A stretch of DNA of 61,688 bases, from IMG/VR virus record IMGVR_UViG_3300042520_002382, positions 1 to 61,688 of that record. The stretch is one strand, 5' to 3'. How positions within the stretch are numbered: the stretch's first letter is position 1; each line of letters opens with the position of its first letter. The notes under the pieces are model-generated. The model saw only the letters and a program-made list of their open reading frames with translations, made no database searches and was not told where the DNA came from. Both the position numbers and the translations under genes were made by a program. This DNA comes from a virus. Its lineage: Duplodnaviria; Caudoviricetes. Below are positions 55,862 to 61,688 of the stretch, in pieces.

Positions 55862-55874
55862 TCGGCGCTGCCCT

Positions 55875-56069
55875 TCAGCGGTGCCAACCCTCCTGCCGGC
55901 CTTGCGCCGGCTTTTTTATGGGCTCGACCAGGGCTTGCTCCAAGAGGTACGCGCCCAGATTGCTGGTGCTGCGTCCCTCGTAATCGGCTCGATCGCGCAA
56001 AGCCGCGTAAACGTGAAACGGAACCGTGATGGTTACCCGTGTTGGAACGGGCTGATTGTGAATTGGCAT
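55875..56069 (-). CDS. Ribbon-helix-helix (Arc/CopG-like) regulator
   Basis: RVTITVP..VYAALRDRADYEGRSTSNL.AYLLE. Confidence 0.8.
   Translation of the reverse strand: MPIHNQPVPTRVTITVPFHVYAALRDRADYEGRSTSNLGAYLLEQALVEPIKKPAQGRQEGWHR
55895..55917 (+). terminator. Intrinsic terminator
   Basis: GCCGGC-CTTGC-GCCGGC-TTTTTT. Confidence 0.75.
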
Positions 56070-56137
56070 AGCCTCGCTGGTTGCTACTCCTCAGTTATAG
56101 AGGTAGCCATTCACGGGCAAGGGTGGGGAAACCGTGC

Positions 56138-56737
56138 TCAGGTGGGCGGGTTGTTGTACTTGCTTAACGGAATCACCGTGATCAGCGCCCCTGGTCGTTC
56201 ATCACCAACACACCAGCGCTTTTCGGGGTCGCCTCCAACAACCCTGGCGTCGTCTTCGTAGGCCAGGCGGCTCAGGGCATCCTGGGTTGAACGCAGGATC
56301 TTGTCTCGGTCTGGGGGGACGCAGTGATAGGCCGGGGCTTCGCGGCTGGTTGCGCTGGCCAGCGATGGATTCAGGGGCTTCAGGGTGCCGTCCCGGCGGT
56401 AGTGGTTGGCGGGTCGCTGGAACAGGAACACCACCGCCATGCGCACGGGGCCCTGGAACAAGGGCACCTTGGCGGCGATGGCGGCATGCGCCACGAGCAG
56501 GCGCCAGGGCTTGACGTTGACGCACGATTCCCGCATCCGACCGTTCCCGAAGGAGGTTTTCGACCCCTGCGGAGCCGGCGCCATCCCCTCCACCCGAAAG
56601 GTCACCGCCCCCAGAGCCGCTACAGGGGCCTCCTGCCCCTGTTCCGCGCCATCCACACCGGGGGAGACCTGGAAGCCCGCTGCAGCCGATCCAGCCCGCC
56701 GCAGATGGCGATCCTGATAGGGGCTAGGGGTTGACAT
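56138..56737 (-). CDS. rusA: RusA-like Holliday junction resolvase
   Basis: PAPQGSK, PDRDKILRSTQDAL, EDDARVV..KRW. Confidence 0.85.
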   Translation of the reverse strand: MSTPSPYQDRHLRRAGSAAAGFQVSPGVDGAEQGQEAPVAALGAVTFRVEGMAPAPQGSKTSFGNGRMRESCVNVKPWRLLVAHAAIAAKVPLFQGPVRMAVVFLFQRPANHYRRDGTLKPLNPSLASATSREAPAYHCVPPDRDKILRSTQDALSRLAYEDDARVVGGDPEKRWCVGDERPGALITVIPLSKYNNPPT

Positions 56738-57389
56738 TGGGAACCCCCGCTGAATATCCCCGCATGGCCCGCTCCAGGTCCACCGCGTCAACCCAGGCGC
56801 CCAGCGCGTCATCCGCCGGCTTGGCCTCCACCTTCACGGCGCCATCGCCGCCGACCCACACCACCACCGCCTTGGCCAGCGGAATCCCCGAATCCGCCAG
56901 CGCTGCCACCGCGGCCCCCAGCTCCGCCCATGGCGCCATCGGGTGGATCCGATCGTCCGGGCCGCTCCAGATCGCCAGCACGCCCAGACCGCCATCCTCG
57001 AACCGCACCGCAAGATCCACGGTGGTGGCCGCCTCCCGCCACAGCACCGCCAGGTGCAACAGGGAGCCCACCACCTCGATCCGCTGCCAGAAGGCGTGGC
57101 TCAGTAGGGCCTCCACCGCCGGGCGGGCCTGGTTGAAGCTCGTGGAGGTTGGCGCCCATGCCGTTCCGGTAGCAGCCGGGCCCCACAGGCTCCGGGCGTG
57201 GCTGGCAATCGCGGCCCGGCACAACCGGCACCGCTCCGGCGCCCCAGGCTTGGAGGGAAAGGCCGCCGCCACGATCCCGCGGGCAGGCATCAGCACCTTG
57301 GCGCCGCGGTCGGGGTGCCAATAGAGCCCATCGGCAGGCTCTGGCACCGCATCGCCCACCAGCCAGCCGTCTTGCGTGGTCACCGCCAT
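56724..57389 (-). CDS. Hypothetical protein, possibly a degenerate PD-(D/E)XK fold
   Basis: Track ORF; TTVDLAVRF; no clear ExK. Confidence 0.5.
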   Translation of the reverse strand: MAVTTQDGWLVGDAVPEPADGLYWHPDRGAKVLMPARGIVAAAFPSKPGAPERCRLCRAAIASHARSLWGPAATGTAWAPTSTSFNQARPAVEALLSHAFWQRIEVVGSLLHLAVLWREAATTVDLAVRFEDGGLGVLAIWSGPDDRIHPMAPWAELGAAVAALADSGIPLAKAVVVWVGGDGAVKVEAKPADDALGAWVDAVDLERAMRGYSAGVPNVNP

Positions 57390-58111
57390 GGATTCACCCC
57401 TTGGCCAGCCCGAAGACCCCGGACGACGGCGCCGATGGGCACCACGTCAACCGCCGGCGTGGCTTGCAGTAGACCCGCCCTGGCCTGCCCCAGCATCTCG
57501 GCAGCTTGCTTGGGGTTGCGCAAAATCCAGGCGCTGGCTGGGGTATCGGCTTTCAGCGGCCAGAATCCTTGCAGCGCTTTGCCAAACGAAAAGAAGCCCC
57601 ACGCCATCTCCCGCGGCCCCCAGGTGCGGCCATCCATGCCACCGGCCCAGATGCGCTGCATCTCTTCGGCGACCTGCTCAACGTGGGCCTGGGACTCCTC
57701 GGGGCTCAGCTTACTGGGGTGCCACGGCCGATCGCCACCCGGGAGCCTCAGCCGCCCTGGAGGCGGGACCTGTTCATGCCGCACCGGTGCCGGCTCGTGA
57801 AAGTGATCAGGTGCCGCCATGCGCTCGGCCAGATCAGCCCGCAACCGGCGCTCAGTCGCCGGCCGGTCGTTCTCCAGTGGGTAGGCGTAGCGCAGCAGGG
57901 CCAGGTGGGGCGCCAACTCCTTCGGCGGCGCCGGATCCATCAGCCGCTGACCCACGCAGAACCGCAGCACCTCGCCGGTGAGATCCCGCTTTGCGCTGGC
58001 CGGGAACGTGTCCCAGGCCAACACCAGGGCCGCCGGGGTCAGGGGCCGCTGCATCGGCAGGAGCTGCAGCAGGCTCGTGATGGCGGCTTGAAATTCTTCG
58101 AGAGTGATCAC
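57380..58111 (-). CDS. Replication accessory protein (helicase-loader position)
   Basis: Coupled downstream of the initiator; function from position only. Confidence 0.45.
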   Translation of the reverse strand: MITLEEFQAAITSLLQLLPMQRPLTPAALVLAWDTFPASAKRDLTGEVLRFCVGQRLMDPAPPKELAPHLALLRYAYPLENDRPATERRLRADLAERMAAPDHFHEPAPVRHEQVPPPGRLRLPGGDRPWHPSKLSPEESQAHVEQVAEEMQRIWAGGMDGRTWGPREMAWGFFSFGKALQGFWPLKADTPASAWILRNPKQAAEMLGQARAGLLQATPAVDVVPIGAVVRGLRAGQGVNPWR

Positions 58112-59232
58112 GCGAGCACCTCCACCAGCACGGCCTGTTGCGTGGTGGTCGCTGCCGCGGCGGCGGCTGCCTTGGCATCACGGGCGCGGATGTAGGCAAT
58201 GGCCTCGGCCGCGGACTCCTCAGGCGTCAGGCGGCCTCGGAAGCCGCTGCCCATCACCGGCGTGGTGGCTTTGGTGCCGTACTGCTGCCAGCGGCCAAAG
58301 TCCAAGCCCAACCAGCCAGGGCCCGACACACGCGCCTCGGTTCCCTCCTCCAACTGCTGCCGCAGGATCTCAGTGCCGCCCTGCGGGTGGTCCTGGATCT
58401 TCCGGGCGTTGGCCAGCATCCGATCCCACGCCCCTTGCGTCCGCCTGCCCTTCGGGTTTCGCGCTGGCCAGAACGCCAGCAGTTCGCGAACCACCGGCAG
58501 CAGCGCCGCCGGAACATCCTCCTGGGCCGGCTTGAACCCAGCCTCCCGCTTCCGAGCCTGCGGCTTGACCGGGGGAACCGCCTCAGGATCTGGCGCCGGC
58601 TCGGGCAGTGGTTCGGGCAGCGGCTTGGGCTGTGGCCTCTGCTGCGGCTGCGGCTGCACGGCGACAAGGGGTTGCGGCTCGGGATCCAAAACCAGGAACC
58701 CATCCCGATCGCGACACGGGCGAGCGGCGACGGCCTCGGGCCGGCGCTCCCCCCGCGCAGTGGGGGGTAAGGGGGGTTCATAGGTTTTCTTCTTCTTGTT
58801 CTTCTTCTCTTGATCTTCTTTATGGGCACCTCCTGCCCTATCCCCATGCACCTCCTGCCCTATCCCTAGGGCACCTCCTGCCCTAGCTAGATAGGGCACC
58901 TCCTGCCCTAGGGCACCTCCTGCCCTATCAACAAGGGCCCACGAAACATCCCAGATCGTCAGCCGATACCGGTTTGCGGCCTTCCTTCCACCTTCCGCAA
59001 AGGCGTGCTCACGAACCAGCCAGCCCTTGCGCTCCATGCCCGCCAAGACACCGCTGACCGACCGCTTGGACATGCAAGCCTCTTGGGCCAGCAGGGTCAT
59101 TGATGGGTGGATGTTTGGCCAGTGGCTCTGAAGGCACCAGAGGATCGCCAGCTCCAGCGGCGTCGCCTGGCCCCTCAGCCAGTTGGGTAGCGCCGTAAAT
59201 GTCGGCTTCTGCCCGATGTACTCGGTTGTCAT
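58108..59232 (-). CDS. Replication initiator with N-terminal wHTH
   Basis: PSMTLLAQEACMSKRSV..L..MERKGWL; internal iterons. Confidence 0.82.
   Translation of the reverse strand: MTTEYIGQKPTFTALPNWLRGQATPLELAILWCLQSHWPNIHPSMTLLAQEACMSKRSVSGVLAGMERKGWLVREHAFAEGGRKAANRYRLTIWDVSWALVDRAGGALGQEVPYLARAGGALGIGQEVHGDRAGGAHKEDQEKKNKKKKTYEPPLPPTARGERRPEAVAARPCRDRDGFLVLDPEPQPLVAVQPQPQQRPQPKPLPEPLPEPAPDPEAVPPVKPQARKREAGFKPAQEDVPAALLPVVRELLAFWPARNPKGRRTQGAWDRMLANARKIQDHPQGGTEILRQQLEEGTEARVSGPGWLGLDFGRWQQYGTKATTPVMGSGFRGRLTPEESAAEAIAYIRARDAKAAAAAAATTTQQAVLVEVLA
58826..58927. repeat. Five 15-bp iterons (putative origin)
   Basis: GCACCTCCTGCCCTA at 58826, 58848, 58871, 58896, 58913, next to a T-rich pyrimidine tract at about 58785-58820. 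Confidence 0.85.
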
Positions 59233-59484
59233 GTAGAATCATGGGGTAGAGATGACTGATCACCGTCCCTTCCGCCGGGCAAGCATCGGGGATGGTGGTC
59301 AAGGGAGGCTCGGCCGAAAGGTCGGGCCTTTCTGCTGCAGGGCCTCCGGTACGGAACACCCTACCTGCTCTCGCCTGGGTCTGGACACGGGCGAGAGGCC
59401 GGACTTGTTCTGACCTTGTACCCCACCTTGTACCATCGCCTTGTAGGGGGCGCCTAGAATCAGGATCACGACAGGGGTTGTCCC

Positions 59485-60168
59485 TTGGCAGCAGCTTGGG
59501 ACCAAGGGCAGGGATGCAAGGGCGGAGCCGAAACCGCCGAGGCCTACGACAGGTTTGTGCAATACCTGGAGATGGGGGCCAACAGATCCGTCAAGGCCCT
59601 TGCAAAAATCCTTGGGGTTTCCCAGCAGGCGGTTCAGCAAACCGCCACCCGCTTCAACTGGAAAGCCCGTGCCCTGGCCTACGACCGCGCCAAGGGCAGG
59701 AAAGGCCCGCCAAGGCGGCAGGCACCAGAGACCCCGCCAGCCCCGCGGGCCCCAAAGGCAACACCGGTGGCAAGCACCGCCAGGGCCATCACCCCCGAGG
59801 TTCTGGGCGCTGAGGCCATCGCTGCCGAAGCCGACAGCCACTTGGCGGTGCTCAGCCGTTACCAGAAGGCCTATGACGCGATCGGCAGCGGCATGGCTGA
59901 GGAGGCCCAGGCGCTCCTGCCCCTGGTGCAGGCCTTCCGCACTGATCTGGAGCTGGCGCGGCAGGTCTGGCGCGAGCTGCTGGAGCAGCAGGAGATCGAG
60001 CGGGCCAACGTGATGGCGCGGATGCTGTGGGATCTGATCCCGGCGTACTACCGCATCTGCGAGGCGATGCACGGCCTCGCCAACGGCGGCCGAACCCACT
60101 GGGGTGATGCGATCGGGGTCCATCGAATCCTGGAGGAAGCCTTCGCGGTCAAGAAGGGCCAGCCGTGA
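59485..60168 (+). CDS. Terminase small subunit-like HTH protein
   Basis: ETAEAYDRF..YLEMG.NRSV.ALA...FNWKARALAYD; start uncertain. Confidence 0.6.
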   Translation: MAAAWDQGQGCKGGAETAEAYDRFVQYLEMGANRSVKALAKILGVSQQAVQQTATRFNWKARALAYDRAKGRKGPPRRQAPETPPAPRAPKATPVASTARAITPEVLGAEAIAAEADSHLAVLSRYQKAYDAIGSGMAEEAQALLPLVQAFRTDLELARQVWRELLEQQEIERANVMARMLWDLIPAYYRICEAMHGLANGGRTHWGDAIGVHRILEEAFAVKKGQP

Positions 60169-60338
60169 CCGCCCCCACGGCTGCCGAGATGGTGACCGCC
60201 ATCGCCCGCGAGCTTCCCGGTATGCACCCCTACACGCTCAGCCTGCTGTTGCAGGTCCGGTTTGGCCGGATGGTCTACGCCAGGGAGGTGGCGCGGATAT
60301 TGGCTGAGCGAACCCCTATCCAGACCCCCACCAGATAG
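60165..60338 (+). CDS. 57-aa hypothetical protein (not in ORF track)
   Basis: GTGA overlap; manual translation. Confidence 0.45.
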   Translation: MTAPTAAEMVTAIARELPGMHPYTLSLLLQVRFGRMVYAREVARILAERTPIQTPTR

Positions 60339-60661
60339 GCTATCCTTATCCCATCCCACAACCAGCGACCCGATGGCACCCGTAGCGTCACCACCCCCCA
60401 GACCTGAACCCAGGCCCATCCCTCGCCCCCTAGGTCATGCCGAGCAAGTGGCGGCCGAAGCGGCCGTCATGCTGCAGCGCTCCGGCCTGGCATGGAGCCA
60501 CCCCATCGCCGTGGAGCTGCGGCGCCTTTATCGCGAGGGGATTAAATGACTGTATTTCTGCTGTTATTGGCAGGCTGGTTGGCATTGGCGCTCGTACTTT
60601 TGCGGTTGCTTCCGTGACTACCGAATCACCCCTTCGGCCCGCCGGAGCCTGAGGTGCAGCC

Positions 60662-61024
60662 ATGATCAAGCTATTGCCCCCCGAAACCCTGGCCTGGCTG
60701 CGCCTCGCCGCAAGCTGCGGCCAGCCTGACGCGCAGTTGACGTTGCACATCCTGGAGCGCCTGGAAGCGCTGGAGAAGCGCCCGATCCCCACCCCCGAGG
60801 CTCCCCCGGTGGCCACGGATGAGGTGCAGCCTTTACCCCCGCACATTGCCATCACCTACCAGCCAAAGTCGGTTTACCAACCACTCCGCCCCACCCCACA
60901 AATCCCATGCCTGAATCACCATCAACGTTCCAGGGAGCTAAAGCAAAAATTAAGGCTCTTAAGAAAGAACGTGAAACTCAGCTTTACCTGCAGATTGCCG
61001 GCGCAATTCTCTTCTTTGGTCTAG
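60662..61024 (+). CDS. Hypothetical protein; paralog of 546..905, C-terminus doubtful
   Basis: Shared N-terminal ~50 aa; overlaps the next ORF. Confidence 0.5.
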   Translation: MIKLLPPETLAWLRLAASCGQPDAQLTLHILERLEALEKRPIPTPEAPPVATDEVQPLPPHIAITYQPKSVYQPLRPTPQIPCLNHHQRSRELKQKLRLLRKNVKLSFTCRLPAQFSSLV

Positions 61025-61158
61025 CACTTACTTTCCCCGTCTTCATCGCCCACCAGGAAGCCGCGGCCTACAACCGAATCACCAACGGCCCCCACGTGAC
61101 CACGTGGGAAGCGCTGTTCCTGGAGCTTCGCGTAGAAGCCTGCAGCAGCCAGCCCTAA
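60907..61158 (+). CDS. Small membrane protein
   Basis: One hydrophobic helix; EAAAYNRIT..TTWEALFLELRV. Confidence 0.6.
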   Translation: MPESPSTFQGAKAKIKALKKERETQLYLQIAGAILFFGLALTFPVFIAHQEAAAYNRITNGPHVTTWEALFLELRVEACSSQP

Positions 61159-61376
61159 CAACCACCCCCGGGACATGGCCGGCCCACTCTGGCCGATTAT
61201 CCGCGCTCCTAGGTGATGCCGACCACTGCCTGGCCCAGGCGGTGGGCTCCTACGGCCTCTCCCACGAACATGGACCCATCGAGGTCAGCTGCTGGTGCCA
61301 GGAGTCATCCCGAGGAGCAGCTGTAAGCGCGGCGCCTGCAAGTCCCTGACCTTTTACCCCCACCCCCACAAATCTC

Positions 61377-61688
61377 ATGGCTGAATCCCCAACCCTCAAC
61401 CTGCCGGCCATCTTGGCCGCTCACGCCCAGTCGCTGGCTGATTCCGGCACCGGGCAACGCGCCAACCTCAGCTGGGCCGACCTCAGACGAGCCAACCTCA
61501 GCGAAGCCAACCTCAGCGGGGCCGACCTCAGCGGGGCCAACCTCAGCGAAGCCAACCTCAGCGGGGCCAACCTCAGCGGGGCCGACCTCAGACGGGCCAA
61601 CCTCAGCGGGGCCGACCTCAGACGGGCCAACCTCAGCTGGGCCGACCTCAGCGGGGCCAACCTCAGCGGGGCCGACCTCAGACGGGCC
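61377..61688 (+). CDS. Pentapeptide-repeat protein, N-terminal part (runs off the end)
   Basis: [16 protein letters not shown]...[16 protein letters not shown]; frame joins base 1. Confidence 0.85.
   Translation, partial: MAESPTLNLPAILAAHAQSLADSGTGQRANLSWADLRRANLSEANLSGADLSGANLSEANLSGANLSGADLRRANLSGADLRRANLSWADLSGANLSGADLRRA

Larger units (their letters stand above)
1..61688. mobile_element. Temperate siphovirus (probable cyanophage), near-complete circular genome
   Basis: TerL, portal, capsid, tape measure, integrase, RecT and initiator are all present; no host housekeeping flanks; both ends lie in the same repeat gene. Confidence 0.92.

Noticed and set aside
61421-61660. Minus-strand ORF of RLAPLRSA repeats
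   Set aside because: Antisense shadow of the pentapeptide gene

Overview
The window looks like an essentially complete, circularly permuted genome of a GC-rich temperate siphovirus. The host is probably a picocyanobacterium (Cyanobium/Synechococcus type), inferred from a cyAbrB-like gene, an NblA-like gene, a SigF/SigB-like sigma factor and a cyanobacterial-type integrase. Both ends fall inside one pentapeptide-repeat gene. Plus strand, about 59.5 kb through the origin to 47.3 kb: TerS-like gene, mosaic accessory genes, dCTP deaminase, TerL, sigma factor, portal, MuF, neck/tail genes (chaperone with a lambda-type -1 frameshift), tape measure, tail tip, scaffold, major capsid, SGNH tail spike, holin-like genes and integrase, interrupted by a mostly minus-strand island at 23.3-27.0 kb (endolysin, NblA-like). 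Minus strand, about 47.3-59.2 kb: excisionase, RecE/RecT, HTH regulator, cyAbrB, RusA and a replication initiator with iterons. Main unexplained structures: (1) five paralogous Arg/Lys-rich proteins (~7 kb) sharing an N-terminal RxYxRDxxGRFAS tag and a conserved 3' junction, with variable middles, one carrying an HExxH peptidase; (2) 16 copies of CGGGAAAACT, mostly 20-28 nt upstream of virion-module genes, a probable regulon of the phage sigma factor; (3) an array of small genes separated by 37-bp hairpin repeats behind two palindromic operators; (4) a C4-like structured antisense RNA upstream of a KilA-N gene. All calls come from reading motifs by eye; no database search or folding program was run.
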